Shown here: one piece after another, positions 49,371-59,615 of the stretch
How the letters are laid out: the number at the start of each line of letters is the position of its first letter
How positions within the stretch are numbered: the stretch's first letter is position 1
Assembly (NCBI GenBank): GCA_964402415.1
Contig: CAYOCI010000004.1
Span: 20,346 to 84,345 of the forward strand
Origin: an uncultured Clostridia bacterium
Lineage (GTDB): Bacteria > Bacillota > JAAYKD01 > CAYOCI01
Direction of reading: 5' to 3'
Length of the DNA stretch: 64,000 bases
Translations under genes and position numbers: made by a program
The notes under the pieces: generated by a model
What the model saw: only the letters and a program-made list of their open reading frames with translations
Told to the model about the DNA's origin: nothing
Database searches by the model: none

Positions 49371-52268
49371 ATGTCCAAAGACAAAATCATCATCAAAGGT
49401 GCGCGGCAGCACAACCTGAAGAATATCGACCTGGAGCTGCCGCGCGATCAGCTCACCGTCATCACGGGGCTGAGTGGCTCGGGTAAGTCGTCGCTGGCTT
49501 TCGACACCATCTACGCTGAAGGGCAGCGCCGCTATGTCGAATCGCTGTCGGCGTATGCGCGCCAGTTTCTAGGACAGATGGATAAGCCAGACGTAGATTA
49601 TATCGAAGGGCTCTCGCCCGCCATCTCGATCGACCAGAAGACCACCAGTAAGAACCCTCGGTCGACGGTGGCGACGGTAACAGAGATCTATGACTACCTG
49701 CGCCTGCTCTTTGCTCGCATTGGCCACCCCCACTGTCCGAACTGCGGCAACGAGATCAGCCAGCAGACGGTCGAGCAGATGGTTGACCAGGTGATGACGC
49801 TCCCAGAGCGTACCCGCATCCAGGTGCTTGCTCCGCTAGTGCGTGGGCGCAAGGGCGAGCACCAGAAGGTCTTCGAAGATACCCGCAAGGATGGCTATGT
49901 GCGCGTGCGCGTCGATGGCCAACTGCGTGAGGTCACTGAAGAGATCAAGTTGGAGAAGAACAAGAAACACTCCATTGAGGTCGTCGTCGACCGTATCGTG
50001 ATCAAGCCGGAAGTCGCTCAGCGTTTGGCTGACTCCATTGAGACCGCCATCAAGCTGAGCGGTGGCTTGGTCATCATCGATATCATCGACCAGGACGAAT
50101 GGCTGTTCAGCAGTAGTTTCGCTTGTCCGGACTGCGGCTTCAGCTTTGAAGAGATCTCGCCGCGTATGTTCTCCTTCAACAGCCCTTGGGGTGCATGTCC
50201 GGACTGCACGGGCCTTGGGGTCAATATGGAGATCGACCCCGATCTGATCATCCCGGATCGCAGCCGCTCGATCACCGATGGTGCCATCGATCCCTGGTCC
50301 AGCTCTACCAGCAATTACTATCCACAGATGTTGGAAGCTTTATCGAAGCACTATGACTTCAGCCTGAATACCCCGGTGGACGAGCTGCCAGATGAAATTG
50401 TGCAGGTTATTCTGTACGGCAGCGGTGATCAGAAGATACGTTTCCACTACGAGAACCCATATGGGCGCCAGGCAACTTATGATGCGCGCTTCGAAGGGGT
50501 GATTAGCAATCTCAACCGCCGGTATAAAGAGACTCAGTCTGAGTACATGAGGGAAGAGATCGAGCAATACATGAGCACTAAGCCTTGCCCTACCTGCCAG
50601 GGCGCCCGCCTGAAGAAGGAAGTGCTCTCTGTACTAGTCGCTGGGCGCAATATTGCTGAGGTCAGCAAGTTCTCGATCATTGACGCGCTCAGCTTCTTCC
50701 GTGCACTGACCCTGACCGATCGTGAGAGGATCATTGGCAAGCAGATCCTCAAGGAGATCAATGAACGCCTGGGCTTCTTGGTCAACGTGGGGCTAGACTA
50801 CCTGACCCTCAACCGTGCGTCAGGGACCTTGTCTGGCGGCGAGGCGCAGCGTATCCGCCTGGCCACACAGATCGGTTCCAGCTTGGTGGGTGTGATCTAT
50901 ATCTTGGACGAGCCCAGTATCGGTCTGCATCAGCGCGACAACACCCGTCTGCTTGAGACCTTGAAACGCTTGCGTGATCTGGGCAACACGCTCTTGGTGG
51001 TCGAGCACGATGAGGAGACCATGTGGACCGCCGACCATATCGTTGATATCGGACCCGGTGCCGGGTCTAACGGTGGCCGGGTGGTTGCCCAAGGGTCAGT
51101 GGATGATATCATGCGGGTGGAGGAGAGCTGGACCGGACAGTATCTGAGTAGGCGCCGTGAGATTCCGATTCCTGAGGTGCGGCGTCAACCCAATGGTAAG
51201 TGGATCGAGGTACGTGGGGCGCGCGAGAATAACCTCAAGAACCTCAATGCCCGCTTCCCCCTAGGTGTATTTACCTGTGTAACCGGTGTCTCCGGCTCCG
51301 GCAAGAGCAGCTTGGTCAATGAGATCCTGCACAAGAAACTGGCGCATCTCATCCAGCGTGCCCGGGCCCGTGCCGGCGAGCATGATGAGATTATTGGGGT
51401 GGAGTACCTGGACAAAGTGATCGACATTGATCAATCGCCGATCGGGCGCACCCCGCGCTCCAACCCAGCTACGTATACTGGCCTGTTCAATGATATTCGT
51501 GACCTGTATGCTTCCACCAATGAGGCCAAGGTGCGCGGCTACAAGCCGGGACGCTTCAGCTTCAACGTGCGTGGAGGCCGTTGTGAGGCGTGTAAGGGCG
51601 ATGGGATCATCAAGATCGAGATGCATTTCCTGCCCGACGTCTATGTCCCCTGTGAGGTCTGCAAGGGACAACGCTACAGTCGCGAGACCCTGGAAGTCAA
51701 GTATAAGGGCAAGAGCATCGCCGAGGTTCTAGATATGACGGTGGAGGAAGCCCTGGACTTCTTCCAAAACCTGCCGCGCATTCAGCGCAAGGTACAGACC
51801 TTATATGATGTAGGTTTGGGCTACGTGCGCCTCGGACAACCTGCTACCACGCTCTCGGGCGGTGAGGCGCAGCGCGTGAAGTTGGCAACCGAGCTCAGTC
51901 GCCGCAGCAATGGGAAGACGCTCTATATCCTTGATGAGCCGACCACTGGCTTGCATATCGCCGATATCCACAAGCTCCTTGAGGTTCTGCAACGGCTGGT
52001 GGACGCTGGTGACACGGTACTGGTGATCGAGCACAACCTCGATGTAATCAAGACCGCCGACCATATCATCGACATGGGCCCCGAGGGGGGCGACCGCGGC
52101 GGACAGATCGTTGCGGTGGGCACTCCCGAGCAGGTGGCCGAGGTGGCCGAGTCTTACACCGGCCAGTATCTGAAGAAGGTGCTGAGTGGGGAAGGGTTCT
52201 CTAAACAGCCCACAGCCCACAGCCCACAGCCCACAGTGGGGGCGACGGGAGAGGACGACGATCTATAG
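49371..52268 (+). CDS. uvrA: Excinuclease ABC subunit A
   Basis: [28 protein letters not shown] twice, [10 protein letters not shown], Zn fingers. Confidence 0.99.
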   Translation: MSKDKIIIKGARQHNLKNIDLELPRDQLTVITGLSGSGKSSLAFDTIYAEGQRRYVESLSAYARQFLGQMDKPDVDYIEGLSPAISIDQKTTSKNPRSTVATVTEIYDYLRLLFARIGHPHCPNCGNEISQQTVEQMVDQVMTLPERTRIQVLAPLVRGRKGEHQKVFEDTRKDGYVRVRVDGQLREVTEEIKLEKNKKHSIEVVVDRIVIKPEVAQRLADSIETAIKLSGGLVIIDIIDQDEWLFSSSFACPDCGFSFEEISPRMFSFNSPWGACPDCTGLGVNMEIDPDLIIPDRSRSITDGAIDPWSSSTSNYYPQMLEALSKHYDFSLNTPVDELPDEIVQVILYGSGDQKIRFHYENPYGRQATYDARFEGVISNLNRRYKETQSEYMREEIEQYMSTKPCPTCQGARLKKEVLSVLVAGRNIAEVSKFSIIDALSFFRALTLTDRERIIGKQILKEINERLGFLVNVGLDYLTLNRASGTLSGGEAQRIRLATQIGSSLVGVIYILDEPSIGLHQRDNTRLLETLKRLRDLGNTLLVVEHDEETMWTADHIVDIGPGAGSNGGRVVAQGSVDDIMRVEESWTGQYLSRRREIPIPEVRRQPNGKWIEVRGARENNLKNLNARFPLGVFTCVTGVSGSGKSSLVNEILHKKLAHLIQRARARAGEHDEIIGVEYLDKVIDIDQSPIGRTPRSNPATYTGLFNDIRDLYASTNEAKVRGYKPGRFSFNVRGGRCEACKGDGIIKIEMHFLPDVYVPCEVCKGQRYSRETLEVKYKGKSIAEVLDMTVEEALDFFQNLPRIQRKVQTLYDVGLGYVRLGQPATTLSGGEAQRVKLATELSRRSNGKTLYILDEPTTGLHIADIHKLLEVLQRLVDAGDTVLVIEHNLDVIKTADHIIDMGPEGGDRGGQIVAVGTPEQVAEVAESYTGQYLKKVLSGEGFSKQPTAHSPQPTVGATGEDDDL

Positions 52269-52273
52269 CACGA

Positions 52274-52307
52274 AGAAACCACAGGGGGTTGCCCCTGTGG
52301 TTTCTTG
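52274..52307. terminator. Terminator-like hairpin after uvrA
   Basis: aagaaaccacagggg-gttg-cccctgtggtttctt. Confidence 0.7.
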
Positions 52308-52413
52308 TTACTGTGGATTGCACTCCGTGAAGGATTTGCCACGCTGCCCGCGAATTGCTTAACGGTTAACATACTACGGTGGGCTGCGGGCTCACGAAGT
52401 GCAGGTGATCTTC

Positions 52414-53583
52414 ATGCTCGAAAGACTACTCTCCCATCTCCGACATCTGGCTGAGACTATTGGACCGCGGGGTTCGACCACGCAGGGCGAGCGAGATGCG
52501 GCTGATTATATCGAGAAGACCCTTCAAAGTTACTCACTACAGCCTGAGAGGCAGAGCTTTCGCTCCATCAGGACCTTCTCTTGGTTGTACGCCATCTTGT
52601 ACGGCCTTTTCCCTGTGGCGGCCATGGTCTATCCCGAGAGCGTGACAGCCGCTGCCTTGATCAGCCTGGCGGCGCTAGCACTATTCCTTCTGGAGAACAA
52701 CTCCATTGAGGCACTCTCGCGTCTGTTGCCCAAGGGCGAGAGCCAAAATATCCTGGCCAAGGTGAAGGGTAAGGGCGACAACAGGCGCGTGGTAGTAATC
52801 TCCGCGCACTATGACTCATCGCGCTCCGCCCTGAACTTTCGACCCGACCTGGTCAAAGGCTTCCGCACTTCCTTCCAATGGATGGTCGGTGCCATGGTGT
52901 TGCAGTGCGGCAGCTATCTCTTCGCACTGATCTTGCGCCTCTTCCGGTTTACGGAGATCGAGCGCTATCTGTGGATGCTGTCCTGGCCGGGTGCTCTATA
53001 TCTGACGGCCAGCGTCTTGATGCTGGTCCATCGCGAGACCCATGGTCGCCATACTCATGGGGCCAATGACAATGCCTCCGGCGTGAGCGTGATGCTGGAA
53101 GTGGCGCGCGAGATAGCCCTAGATCCCTGTCAGAAGGTCGACCTCTGGTGTCTGGCTACCGGCTGTGAAGAAGTAGGCACCGTGGGCATGATCCGTTTCC
53201 TGGATGACGGGTTACTGCCAATCAAGCGGGGAGATATTATTAACCTTGATAACCTGGGAGCTGGGCAGATGAAGATCGTCACTGGGGAGGGGATGACCAA
53301 GGTTTGGCCATGCACTCCAGAACTGGTAGAGCTGGGCGTCCGTATGGCTCGCGAAGAGAACCTACCTGTGGCGCCAAGCGACTATCGCATCATGCCTACT
53401 GATGCCCAAGCAGCACTGGTGCGGGGCTATAGAGCGGCGAGCATCATGGCCATGGACGAGAACGGTCTGCTGCCCAATTGGCACTGGCTCACTGACACCG
53501 TAGAGAACGTACAGCCTGCCAACCTAACCATCGCCACACGCTTGGTATTGGCGATGATAAGGGAGATAGACCGCCAGGCGTGA
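52414..53583 (+). CDS. Membrane-embedded M28 family metallopeptidase
   Basis: VISAHYDS, GANDNASGV, TGCEEVG, INLDNLG, WHWLTD; TM inserts. Confidence 0.85.
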   Translation: MLERLLSHLRHLAETIGPRGSTTQGERDAADYIEKTLQSYSLQPERQSFRSIRTFSWLYAILYGLFPVAAMVYPESVTAAALISLAALALFLLENNSIEALSRLLPKGESQNILAKVKGKGDNRRVVVISAHYDSSRSALNFRPDLVKGFRTSFQWMVGAMVLQCGSYLFALILRLFRFTEIERYLWMLSWPGALYLTASVLMLVHRETHGRHTHGANDNASGVSVMLEVAREIALDPCQKVDLWCLATGCEEVGTVGMIRFLDDGLLPIKRGDIINLDNLGAGQMKIVTGEGMTKVWPCTPELVELGVRMAREENLPVAPSDYRIMPTDAQAALVRGYRAASIMAMDENGLLPNWHWLTDTVENVQPANLTIATRLVLAMIREIDRQA

Positions 53584-53594
53584 GCCTGGCGAAC

Positions 53595-53758
53595 TCCCTA
53601 GTCCCTAGTCCCCAGTCCCTAGTCCCTAGCGGGGAACCTGGACTGCTGAACTCGCGGGCTTACTGCTCATTTCAGAAGTGTCCCGTCTCGATTCGGTGAC
53701 CCTTGGGACCGGTAGTCTTATCTGCCTACTAGGGACTAGGGACCAGGGACTAGGGACT
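53595..53758. repeat. Inverted GTCCCTA/TAGGGAC heptamer pair
   Basis: ctccctagtccctagtccccagtccctagtccctag versus ctactagggactagggaccagggactagggact. Confidence 0.85.
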
Positions 53759-53776
53759 GCTAGACCGGAGGTCTGC

Positions 53777-54451
53777 ATGCTTCTCCTTTACAGCCTTATC
53801 TTCGTCGTCATCGCGGCGGTTATCGGTCTGCCTTTGGTGAGAACCAGCCCGAGTAGACCTTGGTGGTGGTGGGCGCTCGTCGGCGGCGCGGTGGCCTTCC
53901 CTTTGACCATGCAGCTCCAGCCACCGCTACAGATGGCGTATGCTCAGAGACTGATCCCCTTGGTGAAGGATAGCCTGCCAGTGGAGATCTACAGCATCCC
54001 ATCGATCCTGATCAGTGGTCTGGTGCAGGAGGCTCTGAAGGTTATCCCGATCGTCGCCATCCGCCGCATCTGGGGTCTAAAGCTCCGCGATACGGTTGCG
54101 GCCGGGGCTGGGGCGGGGATCGGTTTCGGTGTTACCGAGGCGATCATGCTCGTCGCCATACCACTGGCCTCGCAGAGCGGTTTCGTTACGGGTGCAGTCG
54201 TGGAGCGGCTCGTCGCCATCCCCTTTCACGTCCTAGCATCCGCGTTGGCGGCAGGCGGCTTGGTGCTTCGCAAGGGATGGCAGACCTATCTGCTGGCAGC
54301 GATTGCTCATGGTGTGCTCAACTACAGCGTTGTCCTGGTCGGGCTGTGGTACCTCAACACCAACGGCATGCTGCTCTGGTGTTTGACCATCGACATCTTG
54401 ACGGCGCTGTTGCTCTGGAAGCTGGTGAGAGGAGCGAGGCTGCATGCGTAA
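53777..54451 (+). CDS. PrsW/YhfC-like intramembrane glutamic protease family protein
   Basis: VQEALK, GFGVTE, FHVLAS, AHGVLN motifs in a polytopic protein. Confidence 0.7.
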   Translation: MLLLYSLIFVVIAAVIGLPLVRTSPSRPWWWWALVGGAVAFPLTMQLQPPLQMAYAQRLIPLVKDSLPVEIYSIPSILISGLVQEALKVIPIVAIRRIWGLKLRDTVAAGAGAGIGFGVTEAIMLVAIPLASQSGFVTGAVVERLVAIPFHVLASALAAGGLVLRKGWQTYLLAAIAHGVLNYSVVLVGLWYLNTNGMLLWCLTIDILTALLLWKLVRGARLHA

Positions 54452-55148
54452 GCAGATCTGGTGCGCGTTGTTGTTGGTTGTCGTGCTGCTGGTAGGCTGC
54501 TCATCATCCAAGCCGCTGACCGCTCTCACGCCCCCGTTTGGCGATGCCGAAACCTTCACCTACGACCTTTTGGTGAGCGGGCAGAAGATAGCTGAGCCAC
54601 GTTTCATTGTCAAGAAAGACCAATATGCACAACAAACGGCATGGCTGATGGCCATAGATCTCCAAGCCGGGGACCAATCCGAGATCAACGAGGTCTGGAC
54701 GAATATCGCCACACTCCGGCCGCTCTTCTCTCGGATCCAGCTTGGGTCGCCGCAAGGCGACTATGATATACGGGCAACGTACCATGAAAAGAAGCTCAAT
54801 CTGGAGGCCGACACACCCCAAGGTGAGCAGAAGGTTGAGCGCAATATTAGTGGTGCAGTCTACGACAATGCACAGATCCTGATGACGCTGCGGGCGCTGC
54901 CTTTGGCCGAGGGTTACCAGACCAAGCTCAACTTCGTCCAAACCAAGAACCTCACGCGCGGTGAGATGGTGGTTAAGGTTGTGGGCAAAGAGAAGGCGCA
55001 GGTTCCCGCTGGCGAGTTCGACTGTTACAAAGTTGAGATGAGCATCCAGGGTGCCAAGCAGAGCTGTTGGTACTCCGTGGACGCGAAGCACTGGCTGATC
55101 AAATATGACAACGGCCAGAGCCAATTTGCTTTGACAAAAACTCGGTAG
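54444..55148 (+). CDS. DUF3108-like lipoprotein
   Basis: Lipobox LLVGC; VVGKEKAQVPAGEFDCYKV; overlaps the upstream stop. Confidence 0.7.
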   Translation: MRKQIWCALLLVVVLLVGCSSSKPLTALTPPFGDAETFTYDLLVSGQKIAEPRFIVKKDQYAQQTAWLMAIDLQAGDQSEINEVWTNIATLRPLFSRIQLGSPQGDYDIRATYHEKKLNLEADTPQGEQKVERNISGAVYDNAQILMTLRALPLAEGYQTKLNFVQTKNLTRGEMVVKVVGKEKAQVPAGEFDCYKVEMSIQGAKQSCWYSVDAKHWLIKYDNGQSQFALTKTR

Positions 55149-55275
55149 CTTAATCTGACTGACAAAGAAACCAGAAACTGACTAGTGACAAACCGTCGCG
55201 GATGCTTTATCATTAGGAATGTCAAAACTACAAAATCCTACGGAACGCGTTAGCGATTGTGTTTTTACCTACAGA

Positions 55276-55457
55276 GAGTTTTCGGGAGCTGGAGTTCCGG
55301 TGGTGCTGATAAGCCTTCACTCGATGCCATGCATTTGAGTCGAAGGAAATCAAAAACCCGACGGACAGGCGCCCACCTGCAAGAGCAGGTCTAAAAACTC
55401 AGTAGCGACGGTTTAGTGGGATAGCGAAAGCCAATGGTGTGAACCATTGGCTTTTTT
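55276..55457 (+). ncRNA. Candidate structured leader RNA ending in an intrinsic terminator
   Basis: Pairings GAGTTTT/AAAAACTC, TCGGG/CCCGA, CCTTCACTC/GAGTCGAAGG, ACCTGC/GCAGGT; terminator aaagccaatgg...ccattggctttttt. Family not recognised. Confidence 0.45.
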
Positions 55458-55721
55458 GTGCTTGTACGGCTTTAAACGTAGGAAGATTACGGATTGGGAT
55501 GGAACTATTACTCGGAGTCAAAAGTCATAAGTCATAAATTAGTAGTTCATCTGCCGATCCGCGGCACCAAAAGTGATGAACGGTCGCTAAGCCTGCGACT
55601 CCTACATAGATCTTTTGATAGGCAGCCATAGCTCACGAGTCATGTCTGAAAGCAATGGTGCCGATAAGATGATTAGGGGCAATATCCCATCATGTTGTCT
55701 CTTTCCGCAAAGGAGGACCCC

Positions 55722-57959
55722 ATGCGTATCACCATCTCTCGCACGTTCGCAACAACACTCGTGCTCGCCCTGGTCTTAGCCTGCCTGCCACCAACCATGG
55801 CCCAAGCTGCATCATCAAAGAACGATGGTCCCGTAAGAGCCATTGACACGGTAGCACTGGAACTAACTTACAAGGTCACCCGTACGGGCAGCGGCACAGC
55901 CGAGGCCCAGATACCGGTCCTTCCCGTGGCTTCCACCAGCTACTACACCTTCATCAGCGAGCAGGTTCCTGATAGTCTGACTGAGCAGATCGACGCCCAC
56001 GGCAACCGCTCCCTTAGCGCCTCGATGGCAGCCGGGCAGGAGCTGACGCTGCGCTTCACCGTGGCACTGAACCAAGCTGCATACCAGCTGAGCAAGAGCT
56101 CTGGTCAGGGTGAACTACCCAGCGAGTTGTCCCGCTATCTACTACCCACAACCATGGTTGAGTCGCAGGCGCAGCCGATCCTATCGCGCGCGCGACAGGC
56201 GACCAGCGGTGAGAAGACCGACGCCGGCAAGGTGGCAAAGATCGCGAGTTTTGTGCAGAACCACCTCGACGCTTACCAAGGCAGCGAAGAGCGATCTGCC
56301 CTCTGGGCGCTGAACAACGGTTGGGGAGGGGTAAAGGAGAAGGCTCGACTCTTTGCCGCTCTTTGCCGAGCAACTGGGGTTCCGGCGCGGGTGGTGACGG
56401 GGATACGCTATGCTGGTAGCAGCCTGAGCTCATATGGCGTCAATGTCAACTATCCGCTCGCTTCGACCACCACGCTGTGGGCGGAGGCTTATCTGCCGGG
56501 TGCTGGCTGGACACCAATGGACTTTGCTGCTGCCCAACCAGCCTTTGGTCAGCTTAACGCCTATCTACTCCCGTTAGCCATCGAGGGTGATGCGCTGGAG
56601 CCGACGGCTGCCTCCGGATGGGTGAGACGGCAGAGCACGCTGAAGCGGCTTGACACCGTCGGCAATCGCCCGCCCGAGGCGGTGATTACTGTGACGCCGG
56701 ACGGTACACTGACTACGGCCACGGAGTTGTACTTCTCGGCCTATTACAGTACTGATCCTGATAACGACAAGATCGTTCGTGAGGAATGGGAGAACAAGCA
56801 GAGCGCCTATGCGGTCGGTAAGCACCGTGTTCGCTTACGGGTGATGGATGAGCGAGGGGCATGGAGCCGCTGGGTGGAGAAGACACTGACCGTCAGTACG
56901 CCCAATGCCAAACCAACCGTGGAGATTACTCTCAGCAACAAAGGTACCTTGGCCCCAGAGACAGTCGTCAACCTCAGCTACAAGGCCAAAGACCCAGATA
57001 AGGACGCCATAGTCGACGCGGAATGGCTGAACAAACAAGCCACCTACTCGGCAGGCTCGCATCTGGTCTGGCTACGCGTCATGGATGCCCGAGGAGCCTG
57101 GAGCGACTGGGTCAGCAAAGAGCTCCAGATCGTGGCGCCCAACCGAGCGCCGCAGGCGGTGATCACGTACGAACCCCAGGGAGAGTTGACCACCGCGACC
57201 CAGATCACGTGGAAAAGTGATCTGTCGTCTGATCCTGATGGCGATCAGATCGTGGATGCACAGTGGCAGAATAAGAAAGCCACTTACTCCGCAGGCGTGC
57301 AGAAGGTTAGGCTGCGTGTGAAAGACAGCCGTGGCCTATGGAGCGATTGGGTGGAGAAAGAGATCACAGTGGTGCAGGGCAGCCAGAGCGCGCCGTCGAA
57401 CCCGGCCCAGCCTGCCCCAACTCAGCCTACGCCAACCCCGGTTGTGCCGTCGCCTCAGCCCGCGATCCCTGCGCCGGAGTTGGGCAGCAACCGTGCCCCT
57501 GTGGCGCGGATCTACCTTTACCCCGGAGAGGCATTCACTGCTGATACGCCGGTCATCTGGCTTGCCCAGGGGAGTGATCCCGACGGTGACGCCATTGTGG
57601 CTGAGGAGTGGCAGAACCGCCAGACCGCCTACGCCGCTGGCGAGCACCTGGTGCGACTTCGAGTGCAGGACAGCCGTGGGACATGGAGCGAATGGGTGGA
57701 GAAACGGATCGTGGTCAGCGGCAATCGTCCCCCCCAAGCCGCCATTTTGATCTTCCCCGACTTCAACCTGACCCCCACCACCGCGGTTCATTTCTACAAT
57801 GGCAGTTGGGATCCAGATGGTGATACCATCGAAGCCGAAGAGTGGGAGAACCGTCAAGAAACCTACGCTATGGGCAAGCACACCGTTCGTCTGCGTGTCA
57901 AGGACAGCAAAGGGGCGTGGAGCCTGTGGACGGAGAGGAGCTTTGTGGTAGGCCCGTAG
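55722..57959 (+). CDS. Exported transglutaminase-like-domain protein with five PKD/Ig-like repeats
   Basis: Signal peptide; LFAALCRATGVPARVVTG, WAEAYLPGAGW.PMD; five ~80-aa repeats N..P.A.I....DPDGD.I...EW.N....Y..G.H.VRLRV.D.RG.WS.WVEK. Confidence 0.85.
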   Translation: MRITISRTFATTLVLALVLACLPPTMAQAASSKNDGPVRAIDTVALELTYKVTRTGSGTAEAQIPVLPVASTSYYTFISEQVPDSLTEQIDAHGNRSLSASMAAGQELTLRFTVALNQAAYQLSKSSGQGELPSELSRYLLPTTMVESQAQPILSRARQATSGEKTDAGKVAKIASFVQNHLDAYQGSEERSALWALNNGWGGVKEKARLFAALCRATGVPARVVTGIRYAGSSLSSYGVNVNYPLASTTTLWAEAYLPGAGWTPMDFAAAQPAFGQLNAYLLPLAIEGDALEPTAASGWVRRQSTLKRLDTVGNRPPEAVITVTPDGTLTTATELYFSAYYSTDPDNDKIVREEWENKQSAYAVGKHRVRLRVMDERGAWSRWVEKTLTVSTPNAKPTVEITLSNKGTLAPETVVNLSYKAKDPDKDAIVDAEWLNKQATYSAGSHLVWLRVMDARGAWSDWVSKELQIVAPNRAPQAVITYEPQGELTTATQITWKSDLSSDPDGDQIVDAQWQNKKATYSAGVQKVRLRVKDSRGLWSDWVEKEITVVQGSQSAPSNPAQPAPTQPTPTPVVPSPQPAIPAPELGSNRAPVARIYLYPGEAFTADTPVIWLAQGSDPDGDAIVAEEWQNRQTAYAAGEHLVRLRVQDSRGTWSEWVEKRIVVSGNRPPQAAILIFPDFNLTPTTAVHFYNGSWDPDGDTIEAEEWENRQETYAMGKHTVRLRVKDSKGAWSLWTERSFVVGP

Positions 57960-58119
57960 GAACTACAGAGACACTAGACCCAAGACCCAAGACACTAGAT
58001 GAACGAAGCAATCCTGATGAGCAACACGTGAAAGACGCCCCGCCATCGGCAGGGGCGTCTTCGCTTTCGATCTCCTGGTTGTTAGTGAGACTGTCGAAGA
58101 ACCCGGGCTTGATCACCTG

Positions 58120-58246
58120 TGCGTTTGCGCTCTCTACGCTGTGCTTTGGTCGCGTGGGCGTATGCAATACGCCCCTACGCAGTGGCCTGCATGCCATCCA
58201 GCGCATACGGTTGAGTTGGTTGTAGGGGCGTATTGCATACGCCCGC
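58120..58246. repeat. REP doublet, family A, copy 3
   Basis: gggcgtatgcaatacgcccctac...gtaggggcgtattgcatacgcccgc. Confidence 0.85.
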
Positions 58247-58356
58247 GGGTCGCCGCGAGGTGACCTAACCGAAACAGGGGACTAATCCTCAGGCGTAGCA
58301 GATGCTTTTTCGACAGCCTCTCCAGTGTCTTGGGTCTGATATGTATCGAGCGCAGC

Positions 58357-59343
58357 TCACTGCGCTCGATACATATCCAGTATTAGCCGATCATGCTCGG
58401 GGTCGAGGAGCCATTCGCAGTCACTAATCTGTTGGCCGTCGCTGGGGGTTATGGTAAGCGTCAGTGCCCCTTTGACTTGCGTCAGCTTCACCAGGCGGAT
58501 GGTTGGGTCGTTCAAGGGAAGCTCGCGACTCTCTGCTCCCATGGATATACCATCAAGCTGTCCCAGCCAGTTCCCTGAGAGGGGGTCATAGGTCAGCATC
58601 CTTGGTGTGTAGGGCTCTGCTGTGATCGATGATAGGTAGAGGATCAACCTCACCCGGTCGGGATAAGCGATGGTAGCGGCTCGTCTCAGGTAATGGGTTC
58701 CCGAGGCCTGATAGGGGCGATGGTCTGCGGGCAACTCGACGCTGGCTGTTTGTGTGACGGCGTCCCAAGCGACGGATGCCCCCACCCATCCGGCTAAGCT
58801 GCGTAATGGTAGGTAGAGTGTGCCTTGGCACTGTCTGGCTGTGGCGCGGCCCGCTGCCTCGAGGGAGGTAGATCCACGCTGTCCCGCCACGCTCACCGGC
58901 CAGACCTCACTGCGGAAGAGCAGATCGACGCCGTTGTCTGTGATCTTGCTGCCAATCCCGAGGATCTCCACCGCAGCGTCAATCGGGAAGTAGAAGTGAC
59001 CATCAGCTAGCATCGGGGGAGGACTAAGTAGCTGATACTGCCCATCGACTACCAGGTTAACCTCTTGGTTGACCGCTGAGAGCAGCGCGTTGGCGGTATT
59101 GCCATCGACCCAGCCGGTGTCGGGAAGATGATAGCGTTGCTGGAAGAGTTTTACTGCATCCTGGGTATTATAGTCGTAGTGCTCAGTGATCTCGCCTTTA
59201 TACAGGCCAAGTTGTCTGAGAAAGCTCTGTAGGTAGTAGACATCCTCGCCAACCATCTCTGGGGTGATCACGCGGTAGTTGAAGTGGGCAGCCTGGACTC
59301 CGTTGGCGGAGAGTAGCACCACCATGACCATGAGTACCACCAA
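58357..59343 (-). CDS. Exported peptidoglycan-binding protein with copper-amine-oxidase-N-terminal-like (stalk) domain
   Basis: GEDVYYLQSFLRQLGLY...TQDAVKLFQQRYHLPDTGWVD; LYLPLRSLAGWVGASVAWD. Start codon uncertain. Confidence 0.75.
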   Translation of the reverse strand: MVVLMVMVVLLSANGVQAAHFNYRVITPEMVGEDVYYLQSFLRQLGLYKGEITEHYDYNTQDAVKLFQQRYHLPDTGWVDGNTANALLSAVNQEVNLVVDGQYQLLSPPPMLADGHFYFPIDAAVEILGIGSKITDNGVDLLFRSEVWPVSVAGQRGSTSLEAAGRATARQCQGTLYLPLRSLAGWVGASVAWDAVTQTASVELPADHRPYQASGTHYLRRAATIAYPDRVRLILYLSSITAEPYTPRMLTYDPLSGNWLGQLDGISMGAESRELPLNDPTIRLVKLTQVKGALTLTITPSDGQQISDCEWLLDPEHDRLILDMYRAQ

Positions 59344-59615
59344 GCGCCTCGCGAGCTCTCTCGAGCGCGGATGACAAGCTCGGCTGCAGAACCCGATACT
59401 CCGTACCACCACCGGTGGCTGGTGGCTGGTGGCTGTGGACTCGGCCGCAAGGCCGTTGGTCTGTGGACTGTGGTCTGTGGACTCTTTGAACTTGTGGACT
59501 TGTGGTCTTGTGGACTCCACTGTCACAAGGCATACACCTCCATCAGCATTCTTGACCACCTTGAGGATCGGCAAACATAGGCTTCCTTCTGCTATAATGG
59601 GATGGGGGTGATGGC

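Noticed and set aside
9613-58246. CRISPR array
   Set aside because: Repeats are dispersed palindromic doublets or 7/8-mer microsatellites, not regularly spaced direct repeats with unique spacers; no cas genes.
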